From positions 67,149 to 131,148 of the forward strand of contig JAFGFE010000040.1 in NCBI GenBank assembly GCA_016931225.1: a stretch of DNA of 64,000 nt. The letters run 5' to 3'. Positions 9,464 to 18,472 of the stretch are shown here, piece after piece (position 1 is the stretch's first letter; every line of letters begins with the position of its first letter). This stretch comes from Candidatus Zymogenaceae bacterium (GTDB lineage Bacteria > Desulfobacterota > Zymogenia > Zymogenales > Zymogenaceae). A program made the translations under genes and the position numbers. The notes beneath the pieces were generated by a model, which had not been told where the DNA came from, ran no database searches, and worked only from the letters and a program-made list of their open reading frames with translations.

Positions 9464-10747
9464 TTAAAAAAACCACTCCCCATCAGCATGAGTAAGGGTA
9501 GGCCTGTCTGTGTCGGTCATCCAGAAGGTGGTTGTCCCGGACTTCCCGGCAGAGCTGCTCCAGGATATCCTGGCGACAATCGTGCCATCCGTCCGATTGC
9601 TGCTTTCAATGCTCCAATTAATACTCAATGTGTCGGAGTATTCCCGCACCATATCCACAAGGCCGTTCCGGCTGCCGCCGATGCCGCTGTAGTCGAGGTC
9701 GATCATCCCAAAAAGGGCCGTCTCTCTACCATTCTCCACGGCATCGATGAACTTGCCGATAAATGAATCTGCGATCTCCCCCGGTGGTTCCGAAGCGATC
9801 TTCTCCGGAGACTGCGGACTCCCTTTACTTTTTCCCAGTTCTCCCCCTCCGGCTCCCCCTCTGCTGTCGAGGGTCGTTTCATCCTTCTGCTTACCAAACA
9901 CTATCTTGAGTGTATCGAACGTGTACGACGACTCCTCCAGAGAAAAAGTTACGTGTTCCTCGGCCTCCCCTTCGATTCTTACTTCGACTTTGTCTTTTTT
10001 GTCTTCGTCTGTCAACAACGAAACAGTTCCTTTCCAGAGGCCTCCTGCGGCATCTCCGGGTGAGGCGCCTTCTTCGGCATCTCCAGATGAGGAGCCTTCT
10101 CCCGCATCTCCGGACGAGGAACCCTCTCCTGCACCTCCGGACGAGGCGCCTACTCCGGCATCTCCGGACGAGGAACCCTCTCCTGCACCTCCGGACGAGG
10201 AATCTCCCTCGTCAACGTGACTCACCGTCACGTTTAACTGCCTATCTTCCTCTTTGGGATCAAGACTTACACCTATTATCGCGGGCATGCCGCCTTTTAC
10301 TATTTCGACACTTCCCTTATAAAGAACCAGCTCCGTCACCGCTGTTTCTTTTCCATCTATGGTTTCCTCTACAGGCTTGGTTTTTACAGAGAGCTCCTTG
10401 ATCTCCAGTTCACTCTCGGAAAACAAAGTGATTCTGGTGATGAAGATGTCGCTTTCTTTCTTTTTTTTCTCTTTAAATATCAGGGTGATCTTTCCACCCT
10501 TTGTTACAAACAAGCGGTCGCCTCTCGTTATCTTATTCTCCTTGGAATTTAGTTTTATTAAATCATTCTTCTCTGAATATTGCACATACACAACACCGGA
10601 GATATCTTCAATGCTGACCGAATATGATTTGGCATTATTTTCATCATCCTTCGAAAAGGAAATCCCGGCGATAAAACACATAATGATCAAAAGCACCGCT
10701 CCTGCGGCCGTCTTCAGAAATCTCTTCTTTGTTATCATACGTATCAT
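9464..10747 (-). CDS. Exported FecR-domain protein with Gly/Ser repeat linker and C-terminal NTF2-like domain (paralog B)
   Basis: N-terminus MIRMITKKRFLKT and C-terminus FIDAVENG...WFF are homologous to paralog C; ISGVVYV...GDRLFV FecR-like segment. Confidence 0.75.
   Translation of the reverse strand: MIRMITKKRFLKTAAGAVLLIIMCFIAGISFSKDDENNAKSYSVSIEDISGVVYVQYSEKNDLIKLNSKENKITRGDRLFVTKGGKITLIFKEKKKKESDIFITRITLFSESELEIKELSVKTKPVEETIDGKETAVTELVLYKGSVEIVKGGMPAIIGVSLDPKEEDRQLNVTVSHVDEGDSSSGGAGEGSSSGDAGVGASSGGAGEGSSSGDAGEGSSSGDAEEGASPGDAAGGLWKGTVSLLTDEDKKDKVEVRIEGEAEEHVTFSLEESSYTFDTLKIVFGKQKDETTLDSRGGAGGGELGKSKGSPQSPEKIASEPPGEIADSFIGKFIDAVENGRETALFGMIDLDYSGIGGSRNGLVDMVREYSDTLSINWSIESSNRTDGTIVARISWSSSAGKSGTTTFWMTDTDRPTLTHADGEWFF
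10050..10209 (-). repeat. Intragenic 27-bp tandem repeat x6 (GEGSSSGDA-type unit)
   Basis: gcatctccggacgaggaaccctctcct and variants repeated six times. Confidence 0.9.
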
Positions 10748-10854
10748 TTTTAAACCTCGCGTTACATGTCATCCTGTCATATCCCCCGCCTGTCGATTCT
10801 AATGACCGCCGGTGTCGGAATAACCGGCCCCCCGCACCGTGCATCTCCTTCATC

Positions 10855-10950
10855 GGGGGAAAACCATGTATCGTATAAAGAGTATCGGTTCTCTCGGTTA
10901 GGAAAGGGAAAGACCCGTGTCCCTGTCGGTCAGCCGGAAGGCGGCCGTTT
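10855..10950 (-). pseudogene. Out-of-frame remnant of the FecR paralog C-terminus
   Basis: ggaaagggaaagacccgtgtccctgtcggtcagccggaagg matches ggaaagggaggggttgtctccgtcggacagccagaagg (5808-5845); reads AAFRLTDRDTGLSLS. Confidence 0.7.
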
Positions 10951-10992
10951 CGTATCCCTCTTCGGTTTCACTGGCTGTTGTATCTCTCTTCT

Positions 10993-11856
10993 TCAATCCG
11001 TATCCTCTTTCCTCACGTAAATCTTCATCTCGAGCGTATCATCCTTGCCCGGGTGCTCTATCAATGTGAACGACACGTGTCCCTCGGTTTCCTTTTCGAA
11101 TTTCACTTTGACCTCACCATAATTACCCACCGGTAGCGTCACCGCAGGCACTTCATCTTCGGGCGAGGCGGGCTTCTTGGAGTCGTCCTCCAAGACATAC
11201 TTCACCGTTGTGTTGAATTTTTTCCTGTTCTTCGGATTATCAAGGGTTACAACCAACTCTGTGGGCATCCCGGATTTTCTGTTATCCGGATCCGTGGATA
11301 TATCACTTTTTTTGATTTTGCCTATTTTTATATCCACAGTTCCCCGATACAGCTTCAGCTCCGTCACCGCTGTTTTCTTTTCATTAGCTGTTTCCTTATC
11401 AATCTCGGTTTTCTTAGCGAGCTTCTTGATCTCAATCCAACTCATGTGGGATAGACTGATAAGAGTGTCGGTTTTCCTGCATCTCAGGGAGACTCTACTC
11501 CCACCCGGTCCGGTAAATATCTTGTCCCCGCTCTTCCCGCCCTCTCCGCCACCCACCAGACTTTCCCCGCCCCATACTCTATCCTGGCAAAAGAGATCTT
11601 CCCAATCCCCCCCGGACTTACTCACCGACACGACGTCCTTAGGTTCGTTGGGTTCGCCGCAAACCCGGGCAGGAATGTCTTTGTACTTGGGTTCTGGTGG
11701 GGTTACATCATCTTCGTCCGGGATCTCCGCCGAGGCCGAAGTGTTTTCGTCCGGGGTCCACGCTAAGGAAAATCCAGCGACAAGAAACATCACAACAAGA
11801 AGTGCCGTCACTGCGGCCGTTTTTCGAAATCTTTGTTTTATTAAAATACTCATCAT
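10993..11856 (-). CDS. Truncated FecR-domain paralog A (lacks the C-terminal domain; possible pseudogene)
   Basis: GDKIFTGPGGSRVSLRCRKTDTLISLSHMSWIEI...TAVTELKLYRGTV is homologous to paralogs B and C; the ORF stops at 287 aa. Confidence 0.7.
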   Translation of the reverse strand: MMSILIKQRFRKTAAVTALLVVMFLVAGFSLAWTPDENTSASAEIPDEDDVTPPEPKYKDIPARVCGEPNEPKDVVSVSKSGGDWEDLFCQDRVWGGESLVGGGEGGKSGDKIFTGPGGSRVSLRCRKTDTLISLSHMSWIEIKKLAKKTEIDKETANEKKTAVTELKLYRGTVDIKIGKIKKSDISTDPDNRKSGMPTELVVTLDNPKNRKKFNTTVKYVLEDDSKKPASPEDEVPAVTLPVGNYGEVKVKFEKETEGHVSFTLIEHPGKDDTLEMKIYVRKEDTD

Positions 11857-11857
11857 T

Positions 11858-13528
11858 TTAGAACTCCATGTTGAATGACATCATACCGATCTTTTCGCCA
11901 TAACGACCCGAACCGTCGCTGGTCCATGTGTGGTTCGCAGTGTATTCCAGGGCGATCGATGCCGTCAGATCCCTTCGTTTCACCAGCACTTTGGTCAACC
12001 TTAATACCATTTCTCCATCCCGAACATTCGCCTTTTCCCCGTAATCCCATACAGTACCGGAGCATTCGATCTCTAATGTCATTTCGCGGGGGTACAATCT
12101 GCGGAAGACCACCTCTCCACCAAAGCTCGCTCCCAGTTCAAAATCGTTTACTGTGTTTGTTGAATTCGGCCAAAGGCGGGTTTTGTACTCCATATTCATC
12201 CCACACCCTATTTTATAATCGAGGCCGAATGCCGTGTTTTTATAGCTCCATGAGCAATTCACATCGTGTGTCTCTGAATCGATGCCGTCGGACAGGTGGT
12301 TCAGAATCTGTTCATATGTATATATGACTTCATAATCGGTGTGCTCCAGATCATAGCCGGCGGTGAGAATCAGGGTCAAGGTTTCCTTGTTGACGCTCTT
12401 GGGGTCATTCGTGTCACTTTCATCGTGATAGTAAATATCGAGCATAGCTGTAAAGTCCGAATCGGGATCGATGAAATGTGGAATCTCGCATTGAATTACC
12501 AATCCGAAATCTGTATGATAGACGGAATAGGAGTCAGACGGGGCATCGGCCGGTCCGGTGCGGTACAGACGATAGTAGCTCATGCAAAGCCATCGATCCG
12601 ATGGTTGATAGCCAAAAGCCACCGCCGCCATCTTTCGCATGATGACACTCGTGCCCATTGTCGAAACAAAACCGGGCTCCACATATTCACCGCGAAGCAT
12701 TATCCCGAGCTCATTCCTGAGAGGCTCAAAGTAGAAGTTCGCCCAAAGGGCCGTATCCCGAACCGTCTCCGAGCGGGGATTACGCATGTCGTCAAGGTAG
12801 AAGCTCATCGCCATCTCACCATCCAGCACCAGCCGTTCATTATGGAAAGAAAGCGTCCCATCAACAGAGAACACATCATTTCGATACGCTGTTTCGTCGG
12901 AATCATAATAGAGCTTGGTAATCTCCGTGTGAACATACGACGCCCCCAGCTTCAGCCGGGGGTCGGCAATGACGTAAAGCCGCACGCCGCCGAAGGCCCG
13001 TACGTATCTGTCTACGGTGCTGTCCCGGTTGACGCCCCCCAGGAGCATCAGCTTCGATCCCGCCGGGTTGCTGTACTCCCCCTTGATTCCTAAAAAGGAG
13101 TTTTGGAAAATGTGATTAGTAAACGTTGCGGATATCTTTCCCAGGTCCAGGAACCATCTCTCGCCACTGACTTTAAGGTTTCCCGACGGGATGTCGAAAT
13201 GTTTATTTCTGGTCATCAGGATTTTGTCGTCGGTGTGTCTGAAACTAACACCCCCGGTAACTGATAAACCGCCGTCTGTTTTGTGATTGAGTTTGAGATC
13301 CAGTGTCTCATTATACAGGACATTCCACTTCCGGTCGTCGTCCACGTCCAGAGTGGTTTCCGCGGCGTCTCCGTAGATCCGCTGGGCTTTGACATCCATG
13401 CGATAGACGGTATCGATCCCGCCGCCGTCCCAGTCGACGGCGTATGAGCGGTATGAGTGTCCGGAAATGATGGTCAGAACAGCCGCCAGAATCGCGATGC
13501 ATGTGCGTATGGCATATGATCGGTTCAT
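11858..13528 (-). CDS. Putative outer-membrane beta-barrel protein (copy 1)
   Basis: Shares AVDWDGGGID, DVDDDRKWNVLY, AFGG.RL, ETAYRNDVFS and EYVEPGF with copy 2; ends SFNMEF. Confidence 0.7.
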   Translation of the reverse strand: MNRSYAIRTCIAILAAVLTIISGHSYRSYAVDWDGGGIDTVYRMDVKAQRIYGDAAETTLDVDDDRKWNVLYNETLDLKLNHKTDGGLSVTGGVSFRHTDDKILMTRNKHFDIPSGNLKVSGERWFLDLGKISATFTNHIFQNSFLGIKGEYSNPAGSKLMLLGGVNRDSTVDRYVRAFGGVRLYVIADPRLKLGASYVHTEITKLYYDSDETAYRNDVFSVDGTLSFHNERLVLDGEMAMSFYLDDMRNPRSETVRDTALWANFYFEPLRNELGIMLRGEYVEPGFVSTMGTSVIMRKMAAVAFGYQPSDRWLCMSYYRLYRTGPADAPSDSYSVYHTDFGLVIQCEIPHFIDPDSDFTAMLDIYYHDESDTNDPKSVNKETLTLILTAGYDLEHTDYEVIYTYEQILNHLSDGIDSETHDVNCSWSYKNTAFGLDYKIGCGMNMEYKTRLWPNSTNTVNDFELGASFGGEVVFRRLYPREMTLEIECSGTVWDYGEKANVRDGEMVLRLTKVLVKRRDLTASIALEYTANHTWTSDGSGRYGEKIGMMSFNMEF

Positions 13529-13578
13529 TGCCTGCCTCACCGAGGGAAGAAGCTCGGTATCGAGCCAAATGATGAGCT

Positions 13579-13608
13579 ATCATAAATACAAATTATTGCT
13601 AATGTCAA
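13579..13608 (-). promoter_or_regulatory. Sigma-70-type promoter of barrel copy 1
   Basis: TTGACA-N18-TATGAT on the minus strand. Confidence 0.6.
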
Positions 13609-13738
13609 GAAAAAAATGAGTAATAACTTTATAAGTCAACGGAGACCCAACTTTACCCTGCCCGCTCAATCGCCGCGGGCGGGGTGCGCCATGTCATTGA
13701 TTACTGTAGGGAAACGCCGGATGGTCACGATGCGGGGT

Positions 13739-13770
13739 AAAAAACCCGGGGGACCATACCGTCCCCCGGG
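13739..13770 (-). terminator. Rho-independent terminator of the DUF5058-M20 operon
   Basis: cccgggggac-catacc-gtcccccggg hairpin followed by a U tract on the minus strand. Confidence 0.85.
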
Positions 13771-13801
13771 TCGTTGTGAAAAAAGTTTTTAAAACCGGGT
13801 G

Positions 13802-15064
13802 TTAAAAACAGATGTAATGCACCAGGATCTTTGTCATGCTCAGCAGATCCTCGATATACACATGCTCGTCCGCGGCGTGGGCGAGGATATTCGCCGCCCG
13901 GATGACGCCGAACCCGGCCACGTCGATCTTGTGGTCGAAGTGGGCCGATACGAAACCGAGATCGGTGGAGCCACTGATCCCCCCCAGCAGGAAGTACTCA
14001 TACCCCTGAGCCGCCTTCATGGCCTCCTGTATCTTCTTGATGGCGAAGCTCTCCGGGTTGACTTCCACCGGGGGATACGAGTGCACCACGTTCACCTTGA
14101 TGTCCAGGAGCTTCGACTTCTCCTTCCCCCGGGCGATGGCGTCCTCGATCTCTTTGATGACATCATCATATACCTCATCGATGATGTATCTCCGGTTGAT
14201 GGTCAGCTCGCACTCCTCGGGAACAATATTCTCCTTTGTCCCGGCCTTGATGATATTCAGGTTGAACATCGGGGTCATCTTGTCGTAGGGATTTCCCGGC
14301 AGGGGAAACGTGGGTATGCGGGAGAGCCGCTTCTCCGACTCCTGTTTCAGGCCGATCAGCTCATTGAGCACCGGGATAAGCTCCTCAATGGCGTTGATGC
14401 CCAGGTAGTTCATGCCGGAATGACAGCTCTTGCCCACCGCCTTGACGTCTACGCGGATCGATCCCGCGGCGCCGATAGTGATAATCGGCTCCATCGCCCC
14501 CAGCTCCAGCCATAACAGGTGCGGAGAAAAATACCCCTTCTCTGCAAGATATCGGGCGCCGGGATAGACCCCCAGCTCCTCATCGGTGCAGGAGAGAAAA
14601 TTGAGGCTGTAATTCGGTTCCAGGCCCATCTCGTTGATCACCTTCATGGCCCCCAAAAAACACGCAAAGGCGTATTTCATATCCACCGTGCCCCTGCCGT
14701 AGAGCTTGCCGTCGACGATCGCCCCGCCGAAGGGATCCTGGGTCCATTCCTGGTCGAGTATCGGCACCACGTCCATGTGGGAATAGGCCGACGCCAACGG
14801 TTTGTCCCCCACCTTGAGGGTGGATACCAGGTTGGTTCGAGGCCCTGAGAGGTCCCAGGGCATCTGGGCCACCTTGTCTTCCGGCATGACGACCCGCTCG
14901 TTTGTGAACCCGAATTTTTTAAATTCCGGCTCCAGCAGATCGATAAGCGCTTCGTAGTTTTCCCCTGGAGGGACGGAGGTGTCCACGGCGATCAGCTTTC
15001 TTAAAAGCTCGACGATGTACTCCTCGTTCTTCTCAACTGCGGCAAATGCCTCCTGATAGCTCAC
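13802..15064 (-). CDS. M20 family metallopeptidase (ArgE/DapE-like deacylase)
   Basis: SHMDVVP, LYGRGTVDMK, TDEELG, GKSCHSG and AHAADEHV motifs. Confidence 0.92.
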   Translation of the reverse strand: MSYQEAFAAVEKNEEYIVELLRKLIAVDTSVPPGENYEALIDLLEPEFKKFGFTNERVVMPEDKVAQMPWDLSGPRTNLVSTLKVGDKPLASAYSHMDVVPILDQEWTQDPFGGAIVDGKLYGRGTVDMKYAFACFLGAMKVINEMGLEPNYSLNFLSCTDEELGVYPGARYLAEKGYFSPHLLWLELGAMEPIITIGAAGSIRVDVKAVGKSCHSGMNYLGINAIEELIPVLNELIGLKQESEKRLSRIPTFPLPGNPYDKMTPMFNLNIIKAGTKENIVPEECELTINRRYIIDEVYDDVIKEIEDAIARGKEKSKLLDIKVNVVHSYPPVEVNPESFAIKKIQEAMKAAQGYEYFLLGGISGSTDLGFVSAHFDHKIDVAGFGVIRAANILAHAADEHVYIEDLLSMTKILVHYICF

Positions 15065-15079
15065 AAGAACCTCCTTTTA

Positions 15080-15817
15080 TTACATCATCCCCTCGCCCTT
15101 GACCCAGCCCTTCTTATACATGATCCTCGCAGCAAGGATGGAAATAATGACCATCAGCGGAATGACGATCGAATAGGGGAGATCGCTTTTGATAAATGCG
15201 ATGATAAATCCGAGACCCAGCGGCACGATGCCCAGCTTGGGAACGCGGAACAGGAATACGCCGCCCAGCGCGCCGAAGAGCGCCGGCAGCACCTGGTCCA
15301 GGGCCTTTCCCAAGGCGATGAGTCCCATCGACACCTGCGCACCGGGATCCCCCGCCGCCAGTGTGGCCTCGGATATCCTGTTTATCAGGGGGAGCAACGC
15401 AAGGATTCCCACGATCATCACCAACTCGCTTGCGATGATGGAGCCGGCGATGCCGATGGTGGAGACAACCTCCGCCTCGGGTGTCCCCTCGCTGGTTCCC
15501 ACCACCTGCTGTGCGGTGGCGGATACCGGTACCCTGAGGTTCAGGATGTTGCCCACCAGGAAGGACATGTAGGTACCCCCGAAGCCGAGGATCGGGTAAT
15601 AGACGATGGGCTCCAAAATCCCCATGACTATCATGAACGACCAGACGGCGATCAACGCTTTGATGAAGGGGCCGAACGGCGGGAGGAGACCATGGAAGAA
15701 ATAGAGATATAATCCCGGCAGAAACAGGCAGAACATGGCGATGATGATCGTCACCATACCGGCCTTTTTGACCGGATTGAGAAAACGCTCCTGAAATATC
15801 TGTGTTTTATCAGTCAT
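15080..15817 (-). CDS. Membrane protein, partner of the DUF5058 protein
   Basis: Multi-TM; EPIVYYPILGFGGTYMSFLVGNILNLRVP motif typical of the gene following DUF5058. Confidence 0.75.
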   Translation of the reverse strand: MTDKTQIFQERFLNPVKKAGMVTIIIAMFCLFLPGLYLYFFHGLLPPFGPFIKALIAVWSFMIVMGILEPIVYYPILGFGGTYMSFLVGNILNLRVPVSATAQQVVGTSEGTPEAEVVSTIGIAGSIIASELVMIVGILALLPLINRISEATLAAGDPGAQVSMGLIALGKALDQVLPALFGALGGVFLFRVPKLGIVPLGLGFIIAFIKSDLPYSIVIPLMVIISILAARIMYKKGWVKGEGMM

Positions 15818-15820
15818 TAT

Positions 15821-16588
15821 TTATACCCCCGCGCCGATTCCAAACCAGTAAAAGGCGAGGCCTGCGACGGCCATGCCACCGATGATCGCCAGGGCCAGGG
15901 CCCACTCCTTGAGCCAGTTCTGCTTGCCCACCTGGATAATGATACCCAGAAGCGCCATACAGAAAAATCCACCCAGGAGCGCCATCAACGGCGACGCATT
16001 CGCCATCATTGTCGCCTTCGCGATCGGCCGCTCGAGTATCTTTCCCACCGGCTGGGCGACCATGTATCCCACCGCTCCGAAAAACGCGGCGGCGGTCATG
16101 ACCTTCATCCACCCCTCGTCGCCCCCGGCCACTTTATCCTTGAGACTCTTGATTTTGGGGGTAAAAAAGGCCACCACGACCAGCCCCACAATGGCTCCCA
16201 TGGACATGACCCAGACGGCAGTGGTAAACGCGACGGCGTCGAAATCCCCCGTAAGCCCCTCCAGGCCCAGCTCGCTGGCCGCAAACCCGGCGGCCATCAG
16301 CTCATAGGTCACCGAACCAATCACCGAGAGCCGCATCCAGGGAAAGGGCAGCCCCAGCCTCGGTATCAGAAGCGCCAGCCCCAGGAGGATGGCGATGGAG
16401 GGCACCAGTGCGGTGGTAAAGCCGGACCGAAACGCGCTCATCAATTGTTGCTTGGTCATACCGATTTCTTGTCCCGCACGTAATGATATAACCGTCAGTC
16501 GAACCGCCTGGAAAAAGACCACAACAATAATCGCCGAACATGCCAGCCACATCCCCGGACTGTTGGCGATATCCAGATAATTATCCAT
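15821..16588 (-). CDS. DUF5058 family membrane protein
   Basis: PWMRLSVIGSVTYELMAA signature; C-terminal WLKEWALALAIIGGM. Confidence 0.85.
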   Translation of the reverse strand: MDNYLDIANSPGMWLACSAIIVVVFFQAVRLTVISLRAGQEIGMTKQQLMSAFRSGFTTALVPSIAILLGLALLIPRLGLPFPWMRLSVIGSVTYELMAAGFAASELGLEGLTGDFDAVAFTTAVWVMSMGAIVGLVVVAFFTPKIKSLKDKVAGGDEGWMKVMTAAAFFGAVGYMVAQPVGKILERPIAKATMMANASPLMALLGGFFCMALLGIIIQVGKQNWLKEWALALAIIGGMAVAGLAFYWFGIGAGV

Positions 16589-16660
16589 ACATCACCTCAA
16601 AAATGAATTATAATGAGAACTTTTTCGCCTTGTATCACAAAACGAACAAAAACACCAATG

Positions 16661-16691
16661 AAAAAACCGGCCTCACAAGGTGAGTGCCGGC
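16661..16691 (-). terminator. Terminator of the sigma-54 regulator gene
   Basis: ccggc-ctcac...gtgag-t-gccgg hairpin with a U tract on the minus strand. Confidence 0.65.
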
Positions 16692-16728
16692 TTCTACATA
16701 CAGACTCGATTCTCATACGGGAATAACG

Positions 16729-18117
16729 TTACATCTGGCTTTCTATATCCAGCTTCTTCATCTGGTACATCAACACCTGTCTCGGAATGGAAAGCAGCTG
16801 TGCGGCCCGGGATCGGTTTCCCCCGGCCCTGGCCAACGCCGTTTCAATGAGGTTTCTGGAGACGGTATCGATGATCGAGCGATAATCCACGCCTGAATCC
16901 GGTATTTCCGCGGGCACAAGCTTTGAGCGCCCGTCTTCCGCAGGCACCTTGAGAGCAAGGTCCCTGAGGGTAACGGTCGTTCCCTCACAGACAATGACCG
17001 TACTCTCGATAATATTCTTCAGCTCTCGAATGTTGCCGGGCCACCCGTAGGCCATCAACCGCTCTATGACCCCGTCACCGAATCCCTTGACCTGCTTTTT
17101 CAGTCGTTTCGCGCTCTCCTCCAAAAAGGCCGCGGCAAACAGTTCGATGTCCTCGGGTCGCTCCCTGAGGCTCGGCAGGGTTATATGCATCACCTTGAGG
17201 CGGAAGTAGAGATCGCTTCTAAAGCTTCCCTGCTCCACAGCAAGCTGGAGGTTCCGGTTTGTGGCGGCGATCACCCGCACGTCCATGGAAATGTCTCTTG
17301 TCCCGCCGACCCTTTTATAGGTCATGGTATCGAGAAACCTCAAAAGCTTCGCTTGGAGCTGAGAAGAAAGCTCCCCGATTTCATCGAGAAAGAGCGTTCC
17401 GCCAGCAGCGAATTCAATCTGCCCCTTCTTTCGCACCTTGGCGTCTGTAAACGCACCCGGCTCATACCCAAAGAGCTCCGTTTCAATCAGGTTTTCCGGT
17501 ATCGCCGCGCAGTTTATCTCCACAAAAGATTCATTCTGGCGATCGGAGCGATTGTGTATGAACCGGGCCAGGAACTCCTTCCCGGTGCCGGATTCCCCCT
17601 CGATGAGCACTGTGCTGGAATCGGATCGTGCCGACGAAAGCGCCAACCGATACACCTCGGACATCCTCTCCGAGTTTCCCACCAGGTAGTGGAATTTATA
17701 TTTTTTCCGGTCCACCTCCCGGAGAAATTCCGCCTCCCGAACCAGTTGGAGATGTCTGAGATTCTTTTTGATCGCCAGGATCAACTCCTCTATGTTGATG
17801 GGTTTGGTGAGGTAATCGGCGGCTCCCAGTTTCATCGATTGGATGGCGGTTTCGATGGACGCATGTCCAGTCAAGACCAGGATATGGGGCGCCTCGGGCC
17901 ACTCCCGGGTCGTGGTCAACACGTCTATGCCGCTCATGTCGGGAAGTTGCATGTCCAGAAGCATCAAATCCGGCTGGACCTGATCACACAGGGAAACGGC
18001 CTCGGCGCCGGTATGGGCGCCGAACACCTGGAAGCCCTCTTCCTTCAGGACTGTGGTCAGTAAGGCGTTAAAAGATTCATCGTCTTCAACGATGAGTATG
18101 GTTGGAGTGATGGACAT
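16729..18117 (-). CDS. Sigma-54-dependent Fis-family response regulator (NtrC/AtoC-like)
   Basis: REC domain; GESGTGKE; ELFGYEPGAFTDA; LFLDEIG; WPGNIREL; C-terminal HTH. Confidence 0.95.
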   Translation of the reverse strand: MSITPTILIVEDDESFNALLTTVLKEEGFQVFGAHTGAEAVSLCDQVQPDLMLLDMQLPDMSGIDVLTTTREWPEAPHILVLTGHASIETAIQSMKLGAADYLTKPINIEELILAIKKNLRHLQLVREAEFLREVDRKKYKFHYLVGNSERMSEVYRLALSSARSDSSTVLIEGESGTGKEFLARFIHNRSDRQNESFVEINCAAIPENLIETELFGYEPGAFTDAKVRKKGQIEFAAGGTLFLDEIGELSSQLQAKLLRFLDTMTYKRVGGTRDISMDVRVIAATNRNLQLAVEQGSFRSDLYFRLKVMHITLPSLRERPEDIELFAAAFLEESAKRLKKQVKGFGDGVIERLMAYGWPGNIRELKNIIESTVIVCEGTTVTLRDLALKVPAEDGRSKLVPAEIPDSGVDYRSIIDTVSRNLIETALARAGGNRSRAAQLLSIPRQVLMYQMKKLDIESQM

Positions 18118-18472
18118 CGAACCTTATAAATCTTCAGGGATAAAAAAAGCCGAACCGTTGTCGAGTCCATAGTTGAACAAAGTCACGCGATTCGATACAC
18201 GATATATAAATCTACGAGAGTGTTCACGGCAAAACAATACAACCCCTCATCCGGAAGCACTATTCGGCATGACTCCGTTCCTCGTCAGCTCACTTCATAT
18301 ATTTATTATATACTTTTTATCTAATATATCACAAAAATAGTCAATAAAACAATGCTGCCTCTCAGACCGATCGGATCGGTACGATCGATACAGCGGCTCC
18401 GTTTCAGAATCGTAATGATGCTCCCCCCTACGCCTGATTATTGGTAGGAAGACCACGTACCGGAGAAATCCC

